In this document: piece after piece, positions 1-8,519 of the stretch
Layout: the number at the start of each line of letters is the position of its first letter
Numbering within the stretch: the first letter of the stretch is position 1
From: an uncultured Acetatifactor sp.
Lineage (GTDB): Bacteria; Bacillota; Clostridia; Lachnospirales; Lachnospiraceae
Length of the DNA stretch: 64,000 bases
Direction: 5' to 3'
Assembly: GCA_934433135.1 (NCBI GenBank)
Contig: CAKRZO010000003.1
Location: forward strand, 113,511 to 177,510
Notes under the pieces: model-generated
The model's input: the letters and a program-made list of their open reading frames with translations, nothing else
Database searches by the model: none
Told to the model about the DNA's origin: nothing
Position numbers and translations under genes: made by a program

Positions 1-423
1 TACTACCATTCCCGGAATGGTCCGCATTAATGCAATATCTTCATTACACTGATGGGTTGCACCGTCTTCTCCTACGGTAATTCCGGCATGGGTTGCGCCG
101 ATTTTTACATTCAGGTGCGGATATCCGATGGAATTCCGTACCTGTTCAAAAGCACGTCCTGCTGCGAACATCGCAAAAGAACTGACAAAAGGAATCTTTC
201 CTACCAAAGATAATCCTGCTGCAATTCCCATCATATTCGCTTCTGCAATTCCGCAGTCAATGTGTCTGTCGGGGTAAGCTTTTTTGAAGATGCCGGTTTT
301 GGTAGCTGCAGCAAGGTCTGCATCCAGAACCACCAGCTGGGGGAACTCCTCCGCCAGTTCTTTTAAACTGTTGCCGTAACTTTCTCTGGTCGCTATCTTT
401 TTCACAACTGTATTCTCTGCCAT
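1..423 (-). CDS. Transketolase, C-terminal subunit (partial, runs off window start)
   Basis: ATG at 423-421 overlaps the TAA of the upstream gene (TAATG). Translation MAENTVVKKIATR... matches the TktC N-terminus. The ORF continues to position 1. Confidence 0.85.
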   Translation of the reverse strand, partial: MAENTVVKKIATRESYGNSLKELAEEFPQLVVLDADLAAATKTGIFKKAYPDRHIDCGIAEANMMGIAAGLSLVGKIPFVSSFAMFAAGRAFEQVRNSIGYPHLNVKIGATHAGITVGEDGATHQCNEDIALMRTIPGMVV

Positions 424-1289
424 TATACCAGATCCTCCTTTGCCAGTTCTGCATCTATTTTTTCCAGATCCGCCATTGCAATGACAAATTCTTCGTCATT
501 TGGTGCCTTACCGTGCCAGTCTACCGAATTCTCCATAAAGGAAACTCCCTTTCCTTTCAGGCTGTGAAGAACGATACAGGTCGGCATTCCTTTGATCTGT
601 CTTGCCTCATGAAATGCCTCACGCAGTGCATCAAAATCATGTGCGTTAACATTGATTACATGAAAACGGAACGCTTCGAATTTCTGATCAATCGGGTCGG
701 GAGAGCATACCTGTTCCAGCGTTCCGTCAATCTGCAGATTATTATTGTCTACAATAACGCACAAATTATCCAGTTTGCGGTGGCCGGCAAACATAGCGGC
801 CTCCCAAACCTGGCCTTCTTCCAGTTCTCCGTCGCCAAGGAGCGTATACACACGGAAATCCTTCTGATCCATCTTTGCTCCCAGCGCCATGCCGACTGCC
901 GCGGAAATTCCCTGTCCCAGGGAACCGGAAGACATATCCACACCGGGAATATGAATACAGGGATGCCCCTGCAGATAGGAACCCAATTTTCTTAAGGTCA
1001 GCAAATCCTCTTTGGGGAAGTATCCTCTTTCAGCTAATGCCGCATAAAGACCCGGTGCGGTATGTCCTTTAGATAAGACGAAACGGTCTCTTCCTTCCAT
1101 ATCCGGATTCTTCGGATCAATATTCATTTCTTCAAAATAAAGATAAGTAAATACATCAGCTGCCGACAGGGATCCTCCCGGATGTCCTGCTTTTGCACTG
1201 TGGACTGATCTGATAATACCCTTGCGCACTTCATTCGCATGTTTGCGCAGTTCTAAATTCTTCATGTCTTCCTCCAATCCTGCTTTCAT
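423..1289 (-). CDS. Transketolase, N-terminal (TPP-binding) subunit
   Basis: 288-aa ORF with GHPGG...LGDGE...EG motifs typical of the transketolase TPP-binding half. A stronger RBS (GGAGGA) precedes the second Met at about 1265. Confidence 0.9.
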   Translation of the reverse strand: MKAGLEEDMKNLELRKHANEVRKGIIRSVHSAKAGHPGGSLSAADVFTYLYFEEMNIDPKNPDMEGRDRFVLSKGHTAPGLYAALAERGYFPKEDLLTLRKLGSYLQGHPCIHIPGVDMSSGSLGQGISAAVGMALGAKMDQKDFRVYTLLGDGELEEGQVWEAAMFAGHRKLDNLCVIVDNNNLQIDGTLEQVCSPDPIDQKFEAFRFHVINVNAHDFDALREAFHEARQIKGMPTCIVLHSLKGKGVSFMENSVDWHGKAPNDEEFVIAMADLEKIDAELAKEDLV

Positions 1290-1553
1290 ACAGTTTTTCC
1301 ATGATTTTTTCGTTATTATATTAACACAGTCGGCGCGTTTCGTCCATAGGCAGGGAGAAGTTATTTTTATGACCTTTCAAAACAGGTAACAGTTCAGACA
1401 CTCCATTCACACTGGCTTGAATAAGAAAAACCGATAATGTGCACTTGGGGTGTTCAAGCGGACATCATCCGTTTTCTTTATCCAAATATTTCGGCTGTTT
1501 TTTAAATATGTCAGAAATATCCTGTTATCAAGAATTTTCTCTCTACACTCTAC

Positions 1554-1796
1554 ATGTGCTATAAGGAATTAGACAAGCGCTTTTCTGTGATTCATGGCAG
1601 GAAAATTACAAAGACCGCAAGAATTGAGGCTACCGTTCTCAATAGCTTAGTACCGATTTCAAAAGCGGATATTTGCAGTATCTTGCCGGGTGTCAGTCCT
1701 TCAACTGTCGAAACCGTTTTAAGCAGGGTGGGGAAAGAAGAACAAATCAAGAAGATCGGGCAATCCAGATCAACACGATATGTTAAGGCAACTTAA
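1554..1796 (+). pseudogene. HTH-containing 3' remnant of a larger gene (Fic/DOC-type or similar regulator C-terminus)
   Basis: 80-aa ORF with no RBS. It resembles a C-terminal winged-helix tail (ISKADICSILPGVSPSTVETVLSRVGK). It sits 50 bp from MITE copy 1. Confidence 0.3.
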
Positions 1797-1845
1797 AAAT
1801 AACTGCCGGATATTCCGGCATAAAATTGTCCTGTAAAATATAAAA

Positions 1846-2048
1846 TGATATCAGGGTCAAAAGGTCAAAAAGCCGTTCGTGCTTGCACGATTAGGCTTTT
1901 GAACTTGGGACCCGTCAAACATGAGGAAGTAGCGATTTACGCAGTAAATCAGCGGATTCCGAATGTTTTAGAATTGCGGGAGCTGCTTTGCAGCGGAGCA
2001 ATTCGTGATATCAAATGATGGGCAAAATACCTTTTGACCCTCATATCA
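1846..2048 (+). mobile_element. MITE copy 1 (203 bp, 20-bp TIRs, 5-bp TSD TAAAA)
   Basis: TIRs are TGATATCAGGGTCAAAAGGT and ACCTTTTGACCCTCATATCA. Flanked by TAAAA at 1841-1845 and 2049-2053. No ORF inside. Internal nested hairpins. Confidence 0.8.
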
Positions 2049-2058
2049 TAAAATTACA

Positions 2059-2871
2059 TCATGAAAAATATAACGCATACTTTCTTTTTCTTTCTAATAC
2101 CACCGTTTTTACTCTGCTGAGAATATCGGAAGGATACCAGTCTTTTAACGTTGCAAATGTGTTCTCGATACCGGAATTGGGGTATCCAAGATGTAATCCG
2201 ATTCCATACAAGCTTTCCGCCGCGTCAACCTGTTCATCAAAAGAAATCGAAAATGGCTTTGCTTTTACAGAATTTATCAGTTTATAAATATCTTTCTCCA
2301 ACGGATAATCATTCAGGTCTGACAAAAGAGAAAGTCCGTTGTCAAAATACGGGCAAAATCTGTACGCTTTTGTGCTTTCCTCTCTGATGACTGCGATATT
2401 GTTGGTATGTCTGTCTTCATTGAGAAACAACGCATCCATTTCCAGCATGGCAGTCAGATACTTATCGAAATTTTCCAGACCCGTTACCGCTTCTGTAAAA
2501 TCTACGGTATACTTAACTCTTTCCGCGATATCCTTCATTTTGGACAATTGATCTGCAAGCCCCACGCCGAAATACGAACGGTGGAGCTTTTCCAGCGTAA
2601 TGACAGTCTCGTTATCTTTCTTAAAGTTCGTGCTTACACATCCATTTACAACTTCCTTATCCGTACGAATTTTTACCGGTTCATACCGGACATAGTTTGT
2701 TATATTTGACTTTTTCAGCAATTCTGAAACAATCACTTCCGAAAGGGCTTCATAGCCCATATAATCGGCTTTATACCACTCTTCATTGAAATACCACTTT
2801 AACTGGTCGCCCCTGGATGTATGATTCTGGTTGGAAACTCTCTGTATTCCGATGCTATTAAACGTTTTCAT
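2059..2871 (-). CDS. HipA-like Ser/Thr kinase core (HipT-like toxin)
   Basis: Gly-rich loop SIGIQRVS at the N-terminus. Catalytic motif LNEDRHTNN (D-x-H-x-x-N). Mg-binding FDNG. These match the HipA C-terminal kinase fold. 270 aa. Confidence 0.75.
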   Translation of the reverse strand: MKTFNSIGIQRVSNQNHTSRGDQLKWYFNEEWYKADYMGYEALSEVIVSELLKKSNITNYVRYEPVKIRTDKEVVNGCVSTNFKKDNETVITLEKLHRSYFGVGLADQLSKMKDIAERVKYTVDFTEAVTGLENFDKYLTAMLEMDALFLNEDRHTNNIAVIREESTKAYRFCPYFDNGLSLLSDLNDYPLEKDIYKLINSVKAKPFSISFDEQVDAAESLYGIGLHLGYPNSGIENTFATLKDWYPSDILSRVKTVVLERKRKYALYFS

Positions 2872-2877
2872 TGTCGA

Positions 2878-3489
2878 TTATTTCATCCCCTTTCCATTAT
2901 AATATCGGAACTCCATGTGCATATTATCGTCAACCATTCTTCCCTGTGTTTTTTCCACAATCTGCAGCGGATCGTAGGAATCCAGGTTTAATTCCTTTAA
3001 AATCTCTTTCATCCCGCATCTCGTTTTCGGGAAGCACCGATCCTCCAAAAAGATTTCAAAATCCTCCCACGTAGGATTTTCCTTCACGCCAAATGCCCTG
3101 TGAATCATGTCATCTGTCCGGTTTTCAATTTCAATAACCTGATCCAGAAAATTGATATAAATGATCGTACATATCTTGTTTCCGTACATATACCGGATCT
3201 GCATCGGGAACTGCCTGTCGCATGGTCTGTTTATGCTCCGTGCAATCACCTGTCTTGAAGTACCGTATTTTTCGGCAAGATGAGCCATGGTTTCTCCGTT
3301 CGCCAGCTGCTTCTTAATCGCTTCAATATCAAGATCAGACAGTCTTCTCTTTCTTCCGGCATTGCGGATATTTTTCGCATGGATGGACTGCGCTATTTTT
3401 TTCAGTTCCTCCACATCGTCCGTTTTAAATAATTCCTTACAAAGCAATCTGTAATCGGTAGCCATTTTCGTCCCCTCATTTGATATCAC
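2878..3489 (-). CDS. HTH (Hin/resolvase-like) fused to a HipA N-subdomain-1 (HipS-like); putative antitoxin/regulator
   Basis: HTH is LSDLDIEAIKKQLANGETMAHLAEKYGTSRQVIARSI. The C-terminal FLEDRCFPK...DPLQIVEKTQGRMVDD resembles the HipA N-terminal FFDNLLPD...DLLSEIGRD block. It is 7 bp upstream of the kinase gene. Confidence 0.6.
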   Translation of the reverse strand: MISNEGTKMATDYRLLCKELFKTDDVEELKKIAQSIHAKNIRNAGRKRRLSDLDIEAIKKQLANGETMAHLAEKYGTSRQVIARSINRPCDRQFPMQIRYMYGNKICTIIYINFLDQVIEIENRTDDMIHRAFGVKENPTWEDFEIFLEDRCFPKTRCGMKEILKELNLDSYDPLQIVEKTQGRMVDDNMHMEFRYYNGKGMK

Positions 3490-3715
3490 ATAATTAATTT
3501 AATTTCATCATACCAACCTTAAAACGAAAAGTCAAGAATCGCCGCATACCTTTTTTTGTCCACTCATATATTGAATTAACAGTTCAGGCATACATTCTTG
3601 TGGACAGATTTCATGCTGGCATAAAAATCTGTCTGCCTAAAAATGTCCATTGGGTATTTTATGTATGGAGTTTAGCGCCATGACATAAAGCAAAACGGCG
3701 CGTCAGAACTGTTAC

Positions 3716-5797
3716 ATGGAATCAAATTCATTAAGAGGTGTCCGTCCCATGCAATCTTCCAAGCAGTCTTTTCCGCACTTTCCCCATTCCGGATCCATCA
3801 GAGCCGTACTGGCTGCCGGACTGCTCTTTCTGGCTGCCATCCCCTGTATTTTATTTCTGACTTTTCAGGGAAATCGGCAAGCAAACCGGAAAGAACGAAA
3901 TTTTGACAAGACCTGCGAGGATCTGTTCCGGGAAGAAATGACCTCCAATACCCTGAATATGCATTATTCCCTGGCCTGTCCCGAAGCTTTCGGAATTCAG
4001 GATTATAGGGTGCTTCTTCCGGCATATCGGTCGGGCAACCGGAAGGGAACTCTCGTACAGACCGAGAATCTGCTGGCAAAATTCCGGAATTTTTCAGAAG
4101 ATTCCGAGAACTCCTTTTCCGAAAAAAAGTCCGCCCCTTCCGAAAAGCTTTCCTCCTCCCGGCAGGATGCTCTGGAATTATTTTTGGAATACATGGAGAA
4201 CTCGCTTTCTCTAAGCGCTTTTTCTTATCTGAATGACCCGCTCTCTCCTTCTTCCGGCATGCAGTCCCAGCTTCCCATCCTTTTGGCGGAATATACCTTC
4301 CGCACCCGCAGGGATGTGGAAGATTATCTGCATTTGCTGGAACAGACGGATACCTATTTCGAAGGACTGCTTTGTTTTGAACAGGAAAAAGCCCGCGCCG
4401 GCTGCCCTGTATCCGGGAAAAGCCTTGAAAAAGTCATAGAACAGTGTGATACGATTCTGACAAAGGAAGCCCTGGAAGAAGAAACCCATTTTCTGCAGAC
4501 GACTTTTCTGGAACGATTAAAAAAACTGGAAGAGGCAGGTGAAATTACCGCAGCGGATTTTCCGGCCTACCTTGCGCAGAACAACCGGCTTTTGAAAACC
4601 GTTCTGCTCCCTGCCTACGAAGCGCTCGGAGACGGTCTTCTTGTCTTAAAAGACGAGACAATTCTCCCAAAAGGTCTGGCTTCTTATCCGGGTGGCCGAA
4701 CCTACTATGAGCACCTGCTGTTCTCCTCTACCGGTTCCGCCCGTTCCATTTCCGAAATCCGTACCATGCTTACCGGCAAAATGCAGGATGAATACGTTGC
4801 TTTAAAAGAAATTTTGACCGACGCTCCCGCCCTTTTGCAGCTGGATTACGAAAAGGAACTGGAAAAAGAATTTCCCTTTACTTCTCCGGAAGAAATCCTG
4901 GCGGATCTGCAGCAAAGAATGGCTGCGGACTTTCCGGCACTTCCCGGAAGAAACACTTCTCCACCCGCCTTGGAAAGTGTTGCCTTGGGCGGTGTTGCAA
5001 AAGTTTCCGCAAATGCAGCCCCGGCTTCCGGCGAAAACGTCTCTTTCGCCGGCCGATTCCCGAAAGCAGCCGTAAAACCGGTTTCCCCAAGCCTGCAGGA
5101 TTTTACAGCGCCTGCCTTTTACTTAACGCCGCCTTTAGACGATACTTCGTCTAATGTGATTTATATTAATGAAAAAAAGACGCCCTCCCGGCTGGAGCTG
5201 TATACCACCCTTGCCCATGAGGGCTATCCCGGACATCTGTATCAGTCTGTCTATTATAACCTGAAGCAGAAATACATAGAAAATTTCGCCCCTTCCTGCC
5301 TTCTCCGGGAACTTTTATGGTACGGAGGCTATCAGGAGGGCTGGGCCTTGTACGTAGAAAACATTTCCTATGACTATGCTTCCGCTATCATGGAATCTAA
5401 GGAAAACTCTCTGCTTGCAGCGGCCATCCAATTGGAAAAGCACAACCGCTGCCTGCAATTGTGCCTTTATTCCCTTATGGATATTATGATTCATTATGAA
5501 AATGCCGACCTTGCTTCCATCGGCAGTCTGTTAAAAAATTTCGGCATTACCGGTGAGGCCGCCGCAGACCGCATTTATACTTATATTGCGGAAGAGCCCT
5601 GTAACTATCTGAAATACTACCTGGGATATCTGGAGATTCTGGAGTGTAAAGAAAAAGCGGAAGCGCTGTGGAAGGAAAATTATTCCGACCTTGCTTTTCA
5701 TACCTTTTTTCTGGAAACCGGCCCCTGCAGTTTTCCTTTTCTGCAAAAAAAGCTGGAAGAGACGCGCTATTCCTCTGCTCCCGCCTCTTCTAAGTAG
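3716..5797 (+). CDS. DUF885-like protein with N-terminal TM anchor (putative metallopeptidase-like)
   Basis: HEGYPGHLYQ motif resembles the DUF885 HExxPGHH signature. N-terminal hydrophobic segment. The probable start is ATG 3749, which has RBS AAGAGGTG. The 3' end overlaps the next gene convergently by 31 bp. Confidence 0.5.
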   Translation: MESNSLRGVRPMQSSKQSFPHFPHSGSIRAVLAAGLLFLAAIPCILFLTFQGNRQANRKERNFDKTCEDLFREEMTSNTLNMHYSLACPEAFGIQDYRVLLPAYRSGNRKGTLVQTENLLAKFRNFSEDSENSFSEKKSAPSEKLSSSRQDALELFLEYMENSLSLSAFSYLNDPLSPSSGMQSQLPILLAEYTFRTRRDVEDYLHLLEQTDTYFEGLLCFEQEKARAGCPVSGKSLEKVIEQCDTILTKEALEEETHFLQTTFLERLKKLEEAGEITAADFPAYLAQNNRLLKTVLLPAYEALGDGLLVLKDETILPKGLASYPGGRTYYEHLLFSSTGSARSISEIRTMLTGKMQDEYVALKEILTDAPALLQLDYEKELEKEFPFTSPEEILADLQQRMAADFPALPGRNTSPPALESVALGGVAKVSANAAPASGENVSFAGRFPKAAVKPVSPSLQDFTAPAFYLTPPLDDTSSNVIYINEKKTPSRLELYTTLAHEGYPGHLYQSVYYNLKQKYIENFAPSCLLRELLWYGGYQEGWALYVENISYDYASAIMESKENSLLAAAIQLEKHNRCLQLCLYSLMDIMIHYENADLASIGSLLKNFGITGEAAADRIYTYIAEEPCNYLKYYLGYLEILECKEKAEALWKENYSDLAFHTFFLETGPCSFPFLQKKLEETRYSSAPASSK

Positions 5798-6348
5798 TCC
5801 CGGTCCCACAAGAGAATTTTCAACTTCGTCGCCATGGAAACTGCCGGATCTGTAAAGTACTGATTGGTCATCACTACGCCGACCATACAGTCGTAATAAT
5901 CTCTTCCGGCATAAATTTCCTGCACCGCCTTGATTCCCACCGGCTGAGAATGGCATTTGCATTGAAAAGCATAGGAAACGCCATCCTTCCATGCCAGAAT
6001 ATCCACACCGTAATCTCCGCTTTCCCGGGTAACTTCTATCTCGGTAAAGCCAAGGCCTTCCAGCAGATCGGCGCAGTAATGCTCAAATTCCTGTCCATCG
6101 CATTCGTCCATGGTAAGAGGCCTGCGGTTCCTGCTTTTCCACAGAAGGATACCGCCCGCTACTGCCAAAAGCAGGAGAAGAAGCACTGCTGCCGTAAGAC
6201 CGATGATTTTCCAGTCAGGATTGCCGTTTTGATCTACGATACTCAAAGATTTCACAATACCTGACATGTTTACTGTATTTACTATATTTATCACATTTCC
6301 TGCATTGACCATATTTACTGTATTTGCTGTATTTGCTGTATTTGCCAT
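5767..6348 (-). CDS. Mrr-cat (PD-D/ExK restriction-endonuclease-like) domain protein with TM anchor and repetitive N-terminus
   Basis: GVDILAWKD...AFQCK matches the Mrr_cat catalytic motif. One TM helix. The N-terminus is a tri-peptide repeat (ANT/VNM) from 9-bp DNA repeats. The start is uncertain because no RBS precedes it. Confidence 0.55.
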   Translation of the reverse strand: MANTANTANTVNMVNAGNVINIVNTVNMSGIVKSLSIVDQNGNPDWKIIGLTAAVLLLLLLAVAGGILLWKSRNRRPLTMDECDGQEFEHYCADLLEGLGFTEIEVTRESGDYGVDILAWKDGVSYAFQCKCHSQPVGIKAVQEIYAGRDYYDCMVGVVMTNQYFTDPAVSMATKLKILLWDRDYLEEAGAEE

Positions 6349-6420
6349 ATCTGCTATATTTGGTACATTTGCCGTATTTGCTATGTTTACTATATTTATT
6401 GTAATTATTCTGTTTCCTGT
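6266..6420. repeat. Tandem 9-bp repeats (GTATTTGCT-like, about 17 units) spanning the 5' end and upstream of the Mrr-cat gene
   Basis: Visible periodicity of tatttgctgtatttgctgtatttgcc. It extends beyond the annotated start codon. Confidence 0.7.
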
Positions 6421-6637
6421 TTTATCCTGTTTGCTGCAACGAACACAGGGATCCTGTTTCCTGTAAGTATCCTTCCGATACCGGATTGTTCCGTGCCGGG
6501 CACTCCTGCAATCCCGGAGTACATTGTACAGGAAACAGGCTCCTATGTCAATTCGCAGTAAAGAAAAGACGGGATAAACTTATCAGGGCATTTGCATGTA
6601 CTCGCCCGGTAGTCTGCTTTAACCGCTTTTTTGTATA

Positions 6638-7201
6638 ATGAAGATCAAAAAGAGAAAGGACCCGATAATGTTAAACGCTCTAACCCATCTTTCCGACATT
6701 TTTATTCCGGTGATTATTTTCTATATCATCGGATACGGTCTGAATGCAAAAGTCAAAGTATACGAAACGTTTTTAAAGGGCGCTTCCAAAGGGTTGAAAA
6801 TAGTTATGGAAATTCTTCCTACTCTGATCGGATTGATGATTGCCGTGGGAATTCTGCGGGCATCCGGTTTTCTTACCTTTCTCGGTAATCTCTTAGCCCC
6901 GGCAACCGAAGCGATCGGCATTCCTTCCTGTCTCTTCCCGCTTTTAATTGTCAAGCTCTTCTCCTCTTCTGCCGCTACCGGTCTGGTTCTGGACATTTTC
7001 AAAAATTACGGTCCGGATTCCTATGCCGGGCTGATGACCTCTATCCTTATGAGTTGCACGGAAACTCTGTTCTACACCATGAGTGTCTACTTTCTGGCGG
7101 CGAAAGTCACCAAGACCCGTTATACGATCAAAGGCGCCCTGCTTTCCGTTCTGACCGGAACTATAGCCAGCATCTTCCTTACCGCCGCGATTCTTACCTG
7201 A
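6638..7201 (+). CDS. spmB: Spore maturation protein B (nucleoside-recognition/Gate domain)
   Basis: SpmB-like membrane protein. The better start is ATG 6668, with RBS AAAGAGAAAGGA. No spmA is adjacent. Confidence 0.7.
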   Translation: MKIKKRKDPIMLNALTHLSDIFIPVIIFYIIGYGLNAKVKVYETFLKGASKGLKIVMEILPTLIGLMIAVGILRASGFLTFLGNLLAPATEAIGIPSCLFPLLIVKLFSSSAATGLVLDIFKNYGPDSYAGLMTSILMSCTETLFYTMSVYFLAAKVTKTRYTIKGALLSVLTGTIASIFLTAAILT

Positions 7202-7250
7202 GGTTCTTCAGAAAAACGCTTTAATGTTTTTTATAGCATCCCTTCTTCCT

Positions 7251-8519
7251 CTACCGGATCAGGACAACTGCAACGTCATTTACATTGGTACCTGTCGCGC
7301 CCGTAAAGAGAAGGCCTCCTATCTTTTTCAGTGCATGATAGGTATCATTCCTTTTCAGGATTTCTTCATAGTCCAGATTGCATTCCCTTAATTGATTCAT
7401 AGTATCTCCGTCCACTATACCACCGGCTGCATCCGTCGGCCCATCCGTACCATCCGAACCGAAGGAAAAAAGAAGCGTATCTGACAAATCTGCTATCCCT
7501 GCAGCTCCACTAAAAGCCAGTTCCTGATTTCTGCCTCCCATACCATTTCCCGTAAGTGTGACAACCGTTTCTCCTCCTGCAATAAGTGCACAGGGTTTTA
7601 CAAAACCCATATTCTTTTCTTTGTGAATGTCACGTGCAATAGAAGCCAGAAATCTTCCTGCCTCTCTTGCCTCTCCATTCATGGATATGGTTAGAATATA
7701 GGGCTTATAACCCCGTTTTTCAGCATATTTTGCCACTGCCCGGCATAGTTCTTTAACACTTCCCGTAATTACAGTGCTTACATTAGAAAGGGATTTCACC
7801 GTTTCCTTCCTTAATGTTTCTTCCACCCGCTCTGAAAAATGTAACCCATATTTTTTCTTTATCTTCATAACATCAGCACATGTCGAAGAATCTGCGCAAG
7901 CAGGTCCCGAAGCAACCATTTCCAGATTATTATCAATAACATCCGAAAGCACAATCTGATAAATAGCCTTTCCGCCTGCCAAAGCAGCAAGTTTCCCTCC
8001 CTTCACTGCCGAAAGCCTTTTGCGGATCGTATTTATCTCCTGTATTCCGGCGCCGCAATCCAAAAGCTGTTTTGTTACTTCCTGAATCTCTTCCAAACTA
8101 AGACCCTTTTCCGGTTTCTCCAGCAACGCGGATCCTCCCCCCGAGATCAACATGAGAATCGTGTCCTTTTCTGTCGTTTCTTTTATCAAATTCATGACGC
8201 ACTCTGCACCATATATTGAATTTTGATCCGGAATCGGATGTCCTGCCTCTATCATCTGGAAACCCGGAATATCGCCCTTTATGTGATGATATTTTGTAAC
8301 AATAACTCCCTTTTTAATTTTTCCTTTCAATATCTGAGATGCTGCATAAGCCATCTGCCAACCGGCTTTTCCAAATGAAATTACGTAAAGATTTCCCTCA
8401 AATTTCATTCCTTCCAATGCTTTTTTCACTGCAATATCGGGAAGCACCTCTGTTATGGAATCACTCATAATTTTTTCTGCATCTTCTCGCATAGATAGAA
8501 GTTCTTTATACATCATCAT
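7251..8519 (-). CDS. Glycerate 2-kinase, MOFRL family
   Basis: 422 aa. ISGGGSALLE, AVKGGKLAAL and FSFGSDGTDGPTD motifs are typical of the MOFRL/TtuD/GckA family. Confidence 0.75.
   Translation of the reverse strand: MMMYKELLSMREDAEKIMSDSITEVLPDIAVKKALEGMKFEGNLYVISFGKAGWQMAYAASQILKGKIKKGVIVTKYHHIKGDIPGFQMIEAGHPIPDQNSIYGAECVMNLIKETTEKDTILMLISGGGSALLEKPEKGLSLEEIQEVTKQLLDCGAGIQEINTIRKRLSAVKGGKLAALAGGKAIYQIVLSDVIDNNLEMVASGPACADSSTCADVMKIKKKYGLHFSERVEETLRKETVKSLSNVSTVITGSVKELCRAVAKYAEKRGYKPYILTISMNGEAREAGRFLASIARDIHKEKNMGFVKPCALIAGGETVVTLTGNGMGGRNQELAFSGAAGIADLSDTLLFSFGSDGTDGPTDAAGGIVDGDTMNQLRECNLDYEEILKRNDTYHALKKIGGLLFTGATGTNVNDVAVVLIR

Noticed and set aside
513-995. 160-aa plus-strand ORF and similar antisense ORFs inside large genes (for example 9847-10341 and 42808-43719)
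   Set aside because: They lie entirely antisense within well-supported genes (transketolase, glycoside hydrolase, QueG-like). They have no RBS and their sequences are low-complexity.
1846-2048. Retron msr-msd or bridge-RNA interpretation of the TIR-bounded structured element
   Set aside because: No reverse transcriptase, IS110-type recombinase or TnpB/IscB gene is adjacent to any copy. The flanking TSDs fit cut-and-paste MITE behaviour.
6266-6466. 66-aa plus-strand ORF (FTIFITFPALTIF...)
   Set aside because: A shadow ORF produced by the 9-bp tandem repeat on the strand opposite the Mrr-cat gene.
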